Origin: Escherichia coli
GTDB lineage: Bacteria; Pseudomonadota; Gammaproteobacteria; Enterobacterales; Enterobacteriaceae
DNA: 64,000 nt
Assembly: GCF_013315695.1 (NCBI RefSeq)
Contig: NZ_CP054353.1
Strand: one strand, 5' to 3'
The translations under genes were made by a program, and so were the position numbers. The stretch's first letter is position 1; each line of letters opens with the position of its first letter. The notes beneath the pieces were generated by a model. That model had not been told where the DNA came from and did no database searches. It saw only the letters and a list, made by a program, of their open reading frames with translations. Of this stretch, positions 11,538 through 20,212 are shown in pieces.

Positions 11538-12371
11538 ATGAACATCGAAAAAAGCAGATTAATTTCTGAGGCCGCCCCTCATCTGAACGCCTCTCTGGGC
11601 ACAATTAACGGTAATGAATTTGCCGCAATTGTCCCGGTTATTCCTGGTCATATCGGTGGGCGTGAAACCAATATTGTTAGCGCAAAAGCGTTACACAAAG
11701 CGTTGGGCGTGGGAAAAGACTTCTCTACATGGATCACTGATCGCATCTCTGAATATGACTTCACCATTGGGCACGATTACTCAGTCCATAAAACAATTTC
11801 CCCAAATTTGGGGAAAAGCCCGAATGGCGCGGCTTACAGCAAGATAAAGCACTCTGGCAGACCCGGTAAAGACTATCTGTTAAGTGTCGGAATGGCGAAA
11901 GAACTGGCAATGATCGAACGCAATGATCAGGGTCGCGCTATCCGCCGTTATTTCATCCAGTGCGAGGAAGAATTACAGCGTAGCGTTCCTGAAATCGCCG
12001 CCCGCTATCGTCGCCAGCTAAAAGCCCGTCTCAGTGCCGCAAACAACTTTAAGCCAATGTGCGATGCGCTGAATATGGCCCGTGCCGAGATGGGTAAAAC
12101 GACGCAGCAACACCACTACACAAACGAGAGCAATATGATTTCTCGTATCGTTCTTGGTGGGCTAACTGCTAAGCAGTGGGCGCGGATAAATGGCTATTCT
12201 GGCGAACCTCGCGACCATATGAACGCAGAACAGCTTGAGCACCTCTCATATCTCGAAAGCACCAATATCACGTTAATTGATATGGGCATGGAATATGAGC
12301 AGCGCAAAGGAGAACTCACCCGCCTGTCGCAACGCTGGCTCGCCAAGCGTCTGGAGGCGGTCCATGTTTAA
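11538..12371 (+). CDS. AntA-type phage antirepressor-like protein
   Basis: 277 aa. The central region SAKALHKALGVGKDFSTWITDRISEYDFTIGHDY...DYLLSVGMAKELAMIERNDQGRAIRRYFIQCE matches the AntA/AntB antirepressor domain as I remember it. Confidence 0.65.
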   Translation: MNIEKSRLISEAAPHLNASLGTINGNEFAAIVPVIPGHIGGRETNIVSAKALHKALGVGKDFSTWITDRISEYDFTIGHDYSVHKTISPNLGKSPNGAAYSKIKHSGRPGKDYLLSVGMAKELAMIERNDQGRAIRRYFIQCEEELQRSVPEIAARYRRQLKARLSAANNFKPMCDALNMARAEMGKTTQQHHYTNESNMISRIVLGGLTAKQWARINGYSGEPRDHMNAEQLEHLSYLESTNITLIDMGMEYEQRKGELTRLSQRWLAKRLEAVHV

Positions 12372-12546
12372 GCCGACAGGAACACCACAACCTCAAAAAC
12401 GCTACAAAGATGCCCACGGAGCACTCGTTACTGTCGAAAGCGTGTCTCACAACCGAGTGACGTTTTATCGCGACGGGTATCAATCGCCATGCGTACAACC
12501 GCTGGCGCGCTTCATGAAGGAGTTCGCGGAGGTTAACAAATGCTAA
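12364..12546 (+). CDS. Small protein, DUF4222-like
   Basis: Internal ATG 12364 of ORF 12277..12546 overlaps the upstream stop. MFKPTGTPQPQKRYKDAHGALVTVESVSHNRVTFYRDGYQSPCVQPLARF resembles the DUF4222 prophage family. Confidence 0.5.
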   Translation: MFKPTGTPQPQKRYKDAHGALVTVESVSHNRVTFYRDGYQSPCVQPLARFMKEFAEVNKC

Positions 12547-13201
12547 CCGTCCAGAAGAAGATATTTTCACTGGCTGGTATGTCACCAAAATCCAGCAATA
12601 TGACAGCAAAGTCTGGCATTAATACAGCAGATACAAGCAAAGTTTATCATTTTCTGGTGGTAGGAGCGGATGCCTTAACTATGTCAGAAATTACGGTCGA
12701 TGGTGTTAGCGTTGAGAAGGTCAGCGGCTGCGCCAGAGAATTTCTGGTCGTAGATGGCTTTCTCTGCTCGCGTAGTGACTCCACAAAAACCTTCGTCCAT
12801 ACGCGCGACGTTAACGAAATGAGCGCGATGTATTGTGCATCTGGTGCTTCCAATACTGAGTTTTCGGAGTCCATAAAAAAGAGCTTGCCGTTATGCGGCA
12901 ACACGGTTTATGGTTATAAGGCACCTCATAAAACGGGTGCCGGGATTGGCGTCCTGAAAATTCTGAAGGCGACATATGACGCGCCGAGCGTCTTTTTTTA
13001 TGTCGTAGGTCTGACTCACCCATTTTTTGGGCGTTGGTGTATAATCCAGCGCCTTTGTCAATCAATGGTGGCTCAGGCGGGGGCTTCTTCGGAAGCGCCG
13101 GTATCCTTCAGAGCCGGTTACGCCAACCCTGTCTGGGCTACCACCAGCGAAATTGGCGTTTCCGGTGGTAGCGTAACCTGCTATCTGAAGGAGGCTGCCA
13201 C
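12540..13201 (+). CDS. 5' two-thirds of a 355-codon open frame, possibly an Ash-family-like protein. The true 3' end is unresolved.
   Basis: ATG 12540 overlaps the upstream stop (ATGCTAA). The frame stays open to 13607. From 13202 onward better-supported genes occupy the DNA, and 13068..13180 looks like structured RNA. Confidence 0.3.
13068..13180 (+). ncRNA. Candidate C4/CI-like antisense immunity RNA
   Basis: Three hairpins lie directly upstream of the icd-like gene. The first is a UUCG-loop stem at 13083..13096. The second is ccgg/ccgg at 13098..13117; its loop tccttcaga (13104..13112) is complementary to tctgaagga (13184..13192) across the icd-like Shine-Dalgarno. The third is a 9-bp stem, 13137..13145 with 13164..13172. 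The ends of the RNA are not defined. Confidence 0.35.
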
Positions 13202-13396
13202 ATGCTGGCTACTACCCCTACCCAAAAACCGCAATTTATCTGGATTATCGCCGCAGTTCGCCGCGATTGCCCGACAATTACCGCCAAAATTCATCATATT
13301 GCTGCCGAGTCTGAACGCGATGCTCGCCGTTCTCTGGTGCGCGATCACGTCTGCTTTTTTGCTGGTCGTATCCGCATGGAGGTGGCACATGATTAA
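13202..13396 (+). CDS. Icd-like (host cell division inhibitor-like) small protein
   Basis: 64 aa starting MLATTPTQKPQFIWIIAAVRRDCPT, recalled as the Icd-like family. A strong SD (gaaggagg) precedes ATG 13202. Confidence 0.6.
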   Translation: MLATTPTQKPQFIWIIAAVRRDCPTITAKIHHIAAESERDARRSLVRDHVCFFAGRIRMEVAHD

Positions 13397-13607
13397 AACC
13401 TACGATGTGCATATGGATCCCCTCGAACGCACAAGCCAGATCATCACACTGACAGAAGTGATTAACGACATTCTGGTGAGCAACTCTCCCTCACGAGACG
13501 AAAGGCTGAAGGCGTTACTCGCGATATTGGATCTCGCCGTTCGTGACGTTCATTTCCTGCTGGAAGGTGGCGAAATGCCAGGAAAAACGGGGGCAACCAA
13601 TGAATAA
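13389..13607 (+). CDS. Hypothetical small protein (72 aa)
   Basis: ATG 13389 overlaps the icd-like stop (ATGATTAA). It starts MIKTYDVHMDPLERTSQIITL. Confidence 0.5.
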   Translation: MIKTYDVHMDPLERTSQIITLTEVINDILVSNSPSRDERLKALLAILDLAVRDVHFLLEGGEMPGKTGATNE

Positions 13608-13794
13608 CTCAATTAATACCCCTCGCCTTACGTCCGCACTTCAATTAATCGAGCAAGCAGCGGCTGTCCTGGTTGCTGTCAGTCTTTCGGCTGAAGAAAT
13701 GGACGCTGCTGATGTCGTGGATGCGATTAAAGCGTGCTCATCTTTGGTTAACGATGCCCGTGCCGAGCTGGTAATTCTTGGGGGTGAAAAATGA
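13600..13794 (+). CDS. Hypothetical small protein (64 aa)
   Basis: Internal ATG 13600 of ORF 13543..13794 overlaps the upstream stop. It starts MNNSINTPRLTSALQLIEQAAA. Confidence 0.5.
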   Translation: MNNSINTPRLTSALQLIEQAAAVLVAVSLSAEEMDAADVVDAIKACSSLVNDARAELVILGGEK

Positions 13795-14054
13795 ATATCA
13801 ACTTAATTTATCGTCATCCGTGTGAGCTGGAAATTGAATCATTGCTGGGGCGTGAAGAGCCATATCCAGACTCATTCACTCCCGCAGATTGCGCGACTGA
13901 ACGGCTTACCAGAGCGCGCACAGGTCTGGTTCATGTGATGAATGAGATTGTTCCCTCGGTGGGAGGGGAACAGGCGACAGTAATCAATAGCTGGCTACAA
14001 AAAGTTACCTCCCTGATAGATATCGGTTTAATCGATGTGGAGAGTGCGAAATGA
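13791..14054 (+). CDS. Hypothetical small protein (87 aa)
   Basis: ATGA start/stop overlap with the upstream gene. It belongs to the coupled operon. Confidence 0.55.
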   Translation: MNINLIYRHPCELEIESLLGREEPYPDSFTPADCATERLTRARTGLVHVMNEIVPSVGGEQATVINSWLQKVTSLIDIGLIDVESAK

Positions 14055-14272
14055 CCAACATCCAGCTCATTGAAGCGCAATGTCGCATCGAACAGGTTCA
14101 GACTGTTTTAGGGTTCTGGCTTGAAGGGGCCAGCCCCAGCAACAGAGACAAGTTAATGATTGGCGCGGTTATGTCACTGCTCAATGGCGTACCAGAAGCT
14201 ATTCAGGAAGCGGACGAATTGTTGGGCAAATATGAGTTACAGAATCATTCAGGCGAGGCGAAACATGAATAA
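14051..14272 (+). CDS. Hypothetical small protein (73 aa)
   Basis: ATGA overlap with the upstream gene. Confidence 0.55.
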   Translation: MTNIQLIEAQCRIEQVQTVLGFWLEGASPSNRDKLMIGAVMSLLNGVPEAIQEADELLGKYELQNHSGEAKHE

Positions 14273-14867
14273 TTTCTTAACTTTCCATGCAGAAGCAACG
14301 CCTGACGGCGTAAACATCATGTACCGCAGCAACGATGGCATGACAGAACGCGTTGAGGCCGTCTCATATATTGATGCCGTAAATCGTCTGGATGCCGGGG
14401 ATTATGACGATAAACCAGATGAAGGTATGTCAATACATCTCGCTATTGCCGATGGCGGCAACCAGGGATATTTCGATTACACATCACAGCATAACGTCAT
14501 TATGTGGAGATGGCTGATCGCAACAGTATTCATGCTGGAAATGAGAGAGGAAAACGGCACTGTCAGCATCATTGATGATACTGGCAATCCTTCCGAAGTG
14601 GCTGTTTATTCCAACGGCATCGTCGCCATGCCGCTGTATCCAGTAGCAGAGCGCCTCGCTATGGCAAACAACATTGAGGGCGCGATGATAGAACGTTTTG
14701 GCATCGAGTCTGGCACAGAACGCGCCATCATTTTCTACAGAGCCATGATGGATGTGGAACAAGGAGCACTGACTCCATTTGGTCGTGAAACGCTTGCTGA
14801 ACTTCACAACAGCTTTATAGCTGAACTGAATGAAAACGGCATGCCAGCGGAACCAGTGACGCACTGA
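14265..14867 (+). CDS. Hypothetical protein (200 aa)
   Basis: ORF track 14160..14867. I use ATG 14265 (MNNFLTFHAEATPDG), which overlaps the upstream stop. Confidence 0.55.
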   Translation: MNNFLTFHAEATPDGVNIMYRSNDGMTERVEAVSYIDAVNRLDAGDYDDKPDEGMSIHLAIADGGNQGYFDYTSQHNVIMWRWLIATVFMLEMREENGTVSIIDDTGNPSEVAVYSNGIVAMPLYPVAERLAMANNIEGAMIERFGIESGTERAIIFYRAMMDVEQGALTPFGRETLAELHNSFIAELNENGMPAEPVTH

Positions 14868-14877
14868 GGATGGAGCC

Positions 14878-15219
14878 ATGATTACTAAAAATTTCCGACT
14901 GAATGCGCTGGCAAATAAGTATGCGTCGGCACTGTATAACCACATTACCTCCACCAGCGGCGGGGACTATTTCATGGTTGATGCGGACGGCGAGGCCGTA
15001 CGTGTGGAAATCGTCAATGGAGTAAAAGGCGTTCGCAGCCTGATCGATAGCTACACACTGGCAGCCATGAAAGTGTTCTACCCGCAGTGGGAAACCGTGG
15101 GGATCGAGCTTCTTGAGCGTTGCGTCACTAAGGACGGATTGACTGACGTCGGGCGTGAGATATGGCAAAGCATGGTTAATGACATGGGCGCAACTGTAGC
15201 GGGAGGTTCTCATGCGTGA
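14878..15219 (+). CDS. Hypothetical protein (113 aa)
   Basis: The SD ggatggag precedes the ATG. Its C-terminal motif DGLTDVGREIWQSMV is shared with both neighbouring genes. Confidence 0.55.
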   Translation: MITKNFRLNALANKYASALYNHITSTSGGDYFMVDADGEAVRVEIVNGVKGVRSLIDSYTLAAMKVFYPQWETVGIELLERCVTKDGLTDVGREIWQSMVNDMGATVAGGSHA

Positions 15220-15583
15220 AAATGCAGAAATGGCGCTTAGCTCCGCAATCGGAGAGCAGGTGGCAAAGATTGCTGGTGCTGTGTGGATTCATAACCTTCA
15301 TTCTACTGGTGAAGAGAAAATGGCAATTCAGACGCCAGAGGGACGCACCATTACTACATCTCTGAAGCCGTCAGATGTTTGTGATCTGATTTGCGCATTC
15401 ATGTACCCAGCAATGAGGACTGTCCACGGCGATAAGTGGAAACTTGCGACAACCGCTGAATTTGATATGTGGCTAAACAATGATGGCATGCTGACTGATT
15501 ACGGAATAACCAAGTGGCAGATGCTGGTTAGCCATATCGCAAACGCTATAGACCACGTGGGGTACGGTGATGCGAAACATTGA
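15212..15583 (+). CDS. Hypothetical protein (123 aa)
   Basis: It overlaps the upstream stop. Its C-terminal motif is DGMLTDYGITKWQMLV. Confidence 0.55.
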   Translation: MRENAEMALSSAIGEQVAKIAGAVWIHNLHSTGEEKMAIQTPEGRTITTSLKPSDVCDLICAFMYPAMRTVHGDKWKLATTAEFDMWLNNDGMLTDYGITKWQMLVSHIANAIDHVGYGDAKH

Positions 15584-18326
15584 TCTTATCCGTCAGGTTA
15601 TCAGTGCGTCTGAAAACAACTGGCCTCATGTGCTGGGCTGCCTGAACATAAATGTCCCTGACTCTCCGCGCCGTCATGCTCCCTGCCCTGCATGTGGGGG
15701 CAAAGATCGATTCCGGTTCGATGACAACGGGCGCGGTAGCTTCATCTGTAATCAGTGCGGCGCTGGTGATGGGCTGGATTTAATTAAACGCGTAAATAAC
15801 TGCGACACAACAGAGGCGGCGCTTCTTGCCGCTGATGTTCTGGGTATTGATTACCGGACAACGGAAACACCAGAAGCCACCAGCCAGAAACGGGAACAAC
15901 TGGAAACCGAGCGCCAGCGACGCGAACAGGAGCGCCTGAAAAGGGCAGAGAAGGACGAACAACAAAGACGGGATACGTTTTCCCGTCAGTTTGATGACAT
16001 GCGCAGAAAGGCTGTAAACGGCAAATCTGATTATCTGGTTGCGAAAGGGGTAGGTGATTTTACATTCCCCGTGTTGCCCGATGGATCTCTGTTGCTGGCG
16101 CTGGTGGATAAATCCGGCGCAGTCACAGCAGCACAGACTATTACATCACATGGTGAAAAAAGACTCCTGACAGGTTCAGCAAAGCGGGGGGCATATCACG
16201 CCATAAACGCGCCAGAAACAACACAGAGCATCTTAATCGCAGAAGGGCTGGCAACGGCATTATCTGCCCATTTAATTCGTCCAGAGGCGCTGACAGTGGC
16301 GGCGATTGATGCCGGGAACCTGTTATATGTCGCCCAGGTACTGCGGGATAAATTTCCTTCAGCACAAATCATCATTGCTGCGGATAACGACCACAGCGAA
16401 GGAAGACAAAACACGGGGAGAATAGCAGCAGAAAAAGCAGCTTTATCTGTTTCTGGATGGGTGGCATTACCCCCGACAGATCACAAAGCAGACTGGAATG
16501 ATTACCACCAAAAACACGGCATTAAATGCGCCACAGAAGCGTTCAATAAGTCAATGTACCAACCACAGGGTAATGGCGTGAAACATGAGCCACAGACCAT
16601 TGAGGGAAGCGATTTTAAGGTTATGGATACCGACCCACTGAAACCAAGAATAGAAAGCCGCGAGGATGGTATTTATTGGGTATCTCCGAGAGCTGACAGC
16701 CAGAGTGGAGAAATCATCAATAACGAAAGCTGGTTATGTTCTCCGTTAAGCGTTATCGGTACTGGCAGAGACGATAAAGACCAGTATCTCATTCTTCGCT
16801 GGCTGTCGTTTGGTTCTGAAACGCCGACAACCGCTGCCATTCCACTGGCTGATATTGGTGAACGTGAAGGATGGCGCACACTTAAAGCTGGTGGGGTAAA
16901 TGTCACGACCAAAAGCAGCCTCAGAGCAATACTGGCAGACTGGCTACAACGCAGTGGCTCTCGTGAATTGTGGCGTGTTGCTCATGCCACTGGCTGGCAA
17001 TGCGGAGCGTACATCATGCCTGATGGGGAAATCATCGGAACACCTGAAAATCCTGTGCTGTTCAGCGGGAGAAGCTCAGCCGCAGCCGGATATACCGTCT
17101 CAGGGAGCGCGAAAAGCTGGCGTGATAACGTGGCGCGTCTGGCCTTTGGTAACTATTCAATGATGACCGGGATCGGCGCAGCACTGGCAGCGCCATTGAT
17201 TGGGCTGGTGGGCGCTGACGGGTTCGGCATTCATTTCTATGAGCAGTCGAGCGCAGGTAAGACCACCACGGCAAACGTGGCGAGCAGCTTATACGGCAAC
17301 CCTGATTTACTGCGGCTGACGTGGTACGGAACCGCGCTGGGGCTGGCAAATGAGGCCGCCGCCCACAATGACGGACTAATGCCGCTTGATGAAGTTGGTC
17401 AGGGCGCTGATCCTGTCAGCGTTTCACAGTCTGCCTATGCGTTATTTAACGGTGTAGGGAAACTGCAAGGCGCTAAAGATGGTGGAAACCGGGATCTAAA
17501 ACGCTGGCGTACAGTGGCAATCAGCACCGGAGAAATGGATTTAGAAACATTTATCGCTACTTCCGGGCGAAAAACCAAAGCCGGGCAACTGGTGCGACTG
17601 CTGAATATTCCGTTGAGTAAAGCAGTACGCTTTCACGATTACCAGAACGGAAAACAGCACGCAGACGCACTGAAAGACGCTTACCAGCATCACCACGGCG
17701 CGTCCGGGCGTGAGTGGATTAAATGGCTGGCAGACCACCAGCAACAGGCTATTAAAACCGTTCGTGACTGCGAAAGCAGATGGAGAAGCCTGATCCCATC
17801 CGATTATGGTGAGCAGGTTCACCGTGTAGCCGCGCGATTTGCCATTCTGGAGGCCGCATTGTTGTTAGGCGAGGTTGTAACAGGCTGGGATGCTCAGACA
17901 TGCCGTGATGCGATACAGCACAGCTATAACGCATGGTTGCGCGAGTTCGGCACAGGTAACAAAGAGCATCAGCAGATTATTGAACAAACGGAGGCATTTC
18001 TTAATGCCTATGGGCTTAGCCGTTTTGCACCATTTCCATACAGCCCGGCAGATTTGCCCATCAAAGATTTAGCCGGATACCGTCAGCGTGGAGAACATGA
18101 CGAAAGCCCAATGATTTTCTACACATTCCCGGCCACATTTGAAAAGGAGATCGCATGTGGTTTCAACGCAAAACAGTTTGCTGAAGTGTTGAAAAAAGCC
18201 GGGATGCTAACCCCACCAAACAGCGGTCGTGGATACCAAAGAAAATCACCACGTATTCAGGGACGACAAATAAACGTTTATGTACTCAATTACCAGCCAG
18301 GAGATTATAACTCATCTGAAGAATGA
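15567..18326 (+). CDS. Primase-helicase (P4 alpha-like: Zn-ribbon, Toprim, DUF927-type NTPase)
   Basis: 919 aa. It has CPACGGKDRFRF...FICNQCG (Zn ribbon), IIAADNDHSEGRQNTG (Toprim acidic motif) and a Walker A-like YEQSSAGKTT. The start could be GTG 15567 or ATG 15570. Confidence 0.9.
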   Translation: MMRNIDLIRQVISASENNWPHVLGCLNINVPDSPRRHAPCPACGGKDRFRFDDNGRGSFICNQCGAGDGLDLIKRVNNCDTTEAALLAADVLGIDYRTTETPEATSQKREQLETERQRREQERLKRAEKDEQQRRDTFSRQFDDMRRKAVNGKSDYLVAKGVGDFTFPVLPDGSLLLALVDKSGAVTAAQTITSHGEKRLLTGSAKRGAYHAINAPETTQSILIAEGLATALSAHLIRPEALTVAAIDAGNLLYVAQVLRDKFPSAQIIIAADNDHSEGRQNTGRIAAEKAALSVSGWVALPPTDHKADWNDYHQKHGIKCATEAFNKSMYQPQGNGVKHEPQTIEGSDFKVMDTDPLKPRIESREDGIYWVSPRADSQSGEIINNESWLCSPLSVIGTGRDDKDQYLILRWLSFGSETPTTAAIPLADIGEREGWRTLKAGGVNVTTKSSLRAILADWLQRSGSRELWRVAHATGWQCGAYIMPDGEIIGTPENPVLFSGRSSAAAGYTVSGSAKSWRDNVARLAFGNYSMMTGIGAALAAPLIGLVGADGFGIHFYEQSSAGKTTTANVASSLYGNPDLLRLTWYGTALGLANEAAAHNDGLMPLDEVGQGADPVSVSQSAYALFNGVGKLQGAKDGGNRDLKRWRTVAISTGEMDLETFIATSGRKTKAGQLVRLLNIPLSKAVRFHDYQNGKQHADALKDAYQHHHGASGREWIKWLADHQQQAIKTVRDCESRWRSLIPSDYGEQVHRVAARFAILEAALLLGEVVTGWDAQTCRDAIQHSYNAWLREFGTGNKEHQQIIEQTEAFLNAYGLSRFAPFPYSPADLPIKDLAGYRQRGEHDESPMIFYTFPATFEKEIACGFNAKQFAEVLKKAGMLTPPNSGRGYQRKSPRIQGRQINVYVLNYQPGDYNSSEE

Positions 18327-18348
18327 GCTTCTTCATGTGCGTAGAAAA

Positions 18349-18455
18349 GGTGTTGGTTCAGTTGGTTCAATTTGTAAAGAGTATTGTTTTATAAGGATTT
18401 TATTCTTTTTATTGAACCAACACTGAACCAACAACACGGTATTTTGAACCAACAC
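18349..18455 (+). repeat. Iteron origin-like structure A
   Basis: Two direct gttggttca units, then atttgtaaaga and an AT-rich spacer, then three inverted units tgaaccaaca. It lies right after the primase-helicase gene. The same architecture occurs at 41538..41682. Confidence 0.6.
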
Positions 18456-18773
18456 AATGTGACTGAATTGATGCGCACAACACCTGGCTGGCATCAGAGA
18501 GTGTTTTACGAGACTTTCGTAAAATCCTGTGTACAAGGGCGTGACGTTTTTGAAAGTGAGCACTACGAAATTTTCGTAGTTCAGAAAACAGCCTCTGAGA
18601 AGTTGTTATGCCTGTTCAGCAAACCATCCGCATAGCTGATCGCGAATCAAATTACCAATGGAGCCAGAAGCAAGGGCAGAACTGAAAAGCGCCTGCCGTG
18701 AAGAGTAATGCGACACCATAAATATAGTTTTTAGAGTCCATAAAAAACCTGTCAAAACCTGACACACAGAACG

Positions 18774-18807
18774 ATGCCACCAGCTACTGAGCGGTGGCAT
18801 TTTTTTG
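18774..18807 (+). terminator. Rho-independent terminator
   Basis: atgccacc (18774..18781) pairs with ggtggcat (18793..18800). It is followed by ttttttt. Confidence 0.65.
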
Positions 18808-18901
18808 TGCTATTTGTTTCATATTTTGCAATTACGATGATGAATATTGCGATTTGTGAAACTATAATAACTGTTGTTTTATACAGTTCTAAGGGGGCGT
18901 T

Positions 18902-19063
18902 ATGGCTATTTCAGTAAAGCCGGTATTGATAAGTGAGAAGCAAATGGAAGCGATAAAGAAAATTCAGGAAGAGCAGCGTAAAAAATCAGGAATTGGAGTA
19001 GCGCCAACTCTGCATGAAATTGCACGAGGGTTAATAGATAAGGCGCTGGCAGGCTGTATGTGA
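18902..19063 (+). CDS. Small protein (53 aa), possibly a ribbon-helix-helix type
   Basis: Not in the ORF track because it is under 60 aa. A strong SD (aaggggg) lies 5 nt before the ATG. The sequence is MAISVKPVLISEKQMEAIKKIQEEQRKKSGIGVAPTLHEIARGLIDKALAGCM. Confidence 0.4.
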   Translation: MAISVKPVLISEKQMEAIKKIQEEQRKKSGIGVAPTLHEIARGLIDKALAGCM

Positions 19064-19079
19064 AAATGGATGGCATCGC

Positions 19080-19541
19080 ATGGAACTAAAATTTATTGAT
19101 AACCCTGTGCGATTACAGGCCTTTCTTAACGAGCCAGGCAATACCGAAAATATTGTTGAGCCGGGGCACACGTACTACATCAAGCCTGATGCGGTATATC
19201 TCGGCATCTACGAAGGATTAGTGCTGGCTGGCGTTCATGAAGTGCGTAACTTCTGGCATAGCGTTGTTGAATGCCATGCGGTGTACGACCCCGGATTCCG
19301 TGGTGAATATGCACTGCAAGGACATCGATTATTCTGCAAATGGCTTCTCGAAAACTCACCATTCCTTAACAGCATTACCATGGTTCCTGACACCACGAAA
19401 TACGGACGGGCAATTATCCGTTTGCTTGGCGCTACCCGTGTTGGTCATCTTGATGATGCTTATATCAGATGTGGTAAACCCGTCGGCGTAACGCTTTATC
19501 AGTTAACTCGGCAACAATATAAGGAATTCAGCGAATGTTAA
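19080..19541 (+). CDS. P22 gp14-like protein (ejection-protein assembly factor family)
   Basis: 153 aa. The assignment rests on its position directly upstream of the gp7/gp20/gp16-like genes, its size, and a recollection that gp14 belongs to a DUF2824-type family. Confidence 0.45.
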   Translation: MELKFIDNPVRLQAFLNEPGNTENIVEPGHTYYIKPDAVYLGIYEGLVLAGVHEVRNFWHSVVECHAVYDPGFRGEYALQGHRLFCKWLLENSPFLNSITMVPDTTKYGRAIIRLLGATRVGHLDDAYIRCGKPVGVTLYQLTRQQYKEFSEC

Positions 19542-20212
19542 TTACCCATATAGCTTATAAACATCTCAATCGTGCCGTATACGAAAAAGGCGGTGATGGT
19601 GGTGCCTCTAAAGCTCAGGCGAAGGCCCAGCAGCAGGCAATTGATTTGCAGCGCGAGCAGTGGAATACGGTGATGAATAATCTCAAGCCGTATGCAGAAG
19701 TCGGATTGCCTGCTTTACAACAACTACAAGGACTGATGACTCTGGAAGGGCAGAATAAAGCCGCGAATGATTTCTTTGGTTCTGGTTTATATAAAACACA
19801 GGCAGATCAGGCCCGTTATCAGAACCTTGTCTCAGCAGAAGCTACCGGGGGGCTTGGCTCAACAGCTACCAGTAACCAGTTATCTTCCATTGCGCCCATG
19901 CTTTATAACAATTGGCTCAGTGGGCAAATGCAAAATTATGGAAACCTGCTAAATGTCGGGATGAATGCGGCATCAGGGCAGGCAACAGCAGGGCAAAACT
20001 ACGCCAATAATACCGGACAACTCTTGCAGGGGCTTGGCGCTATTCGTGCAGGTCAGGCGCAGCAGCCATCCAGTCTTGCGCGTGGTATTGGTGGGGCGGC
20101 ATCAGGCGCTTTAGCGGGTGCGCAACTTGGTTCCGTTGTTCCGGGTATAGGTAATGTCGCCGGGGCTATTGGTGGTGGGCTTATTGGTCTTGTTGGGGGG
20201 CTTGGATTCTAA
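19535..20212 (+). CDS. P22 gp7-like ejection (DNA transfer) protein
   Basis: 225 aa. It has YEKGGDGGASKAQAKAQQQAIDLQREQW...KPYAEVGLPALQQLQ and a Gly-rich C-terminus, as in podovirus gp7-type DNA transfer proteins. Its start overlaps the upstream stop. Confidence 0.65.
   Translation: MLITHIAYKHLNRAVYEKGGDGGASKAQAKAQQQAIDLQREQWNTVMNNLKPYAEVGLPALQQLQGLMTLEGQNKAANDFFGSGLYKTQADQARYQNLVSAEATGGLGSTATSNQLSSIAPMLYNNWLSGQMQNYGNLLNVGMNAASGQATAGQNYANNTGQLLQGLGAIRAGQAQQPSSLARGIGGAASGALAGAQLGSVVPGIGNVAGAIGGGLIGLVGGLGF

Noticed and set aside
12540-13607. 355-aa ORF read as a single protein
   Set aside because: Its last third is occupied by an Icd-like ORF with a strong SD in another frame and by a coupled 72-codon gene starting at 13389. 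The middle overlaps RNA-like hairpins. Only the 5' part is retained, as a low-confidence CDS.
18333-18635. Overlapping 76-aa (minus) and 83-aa (plus) ORFs after the primase gene
   Set aside because: Both run through the iteron and AT-rich origin-like structure. Neither has a credible start context.
18606-18800. 64-aa minus-strand ORF
   Set aside because: Its start codon lies inside the stem of a strong plus-strand intrinsic terminator (18774..18807).
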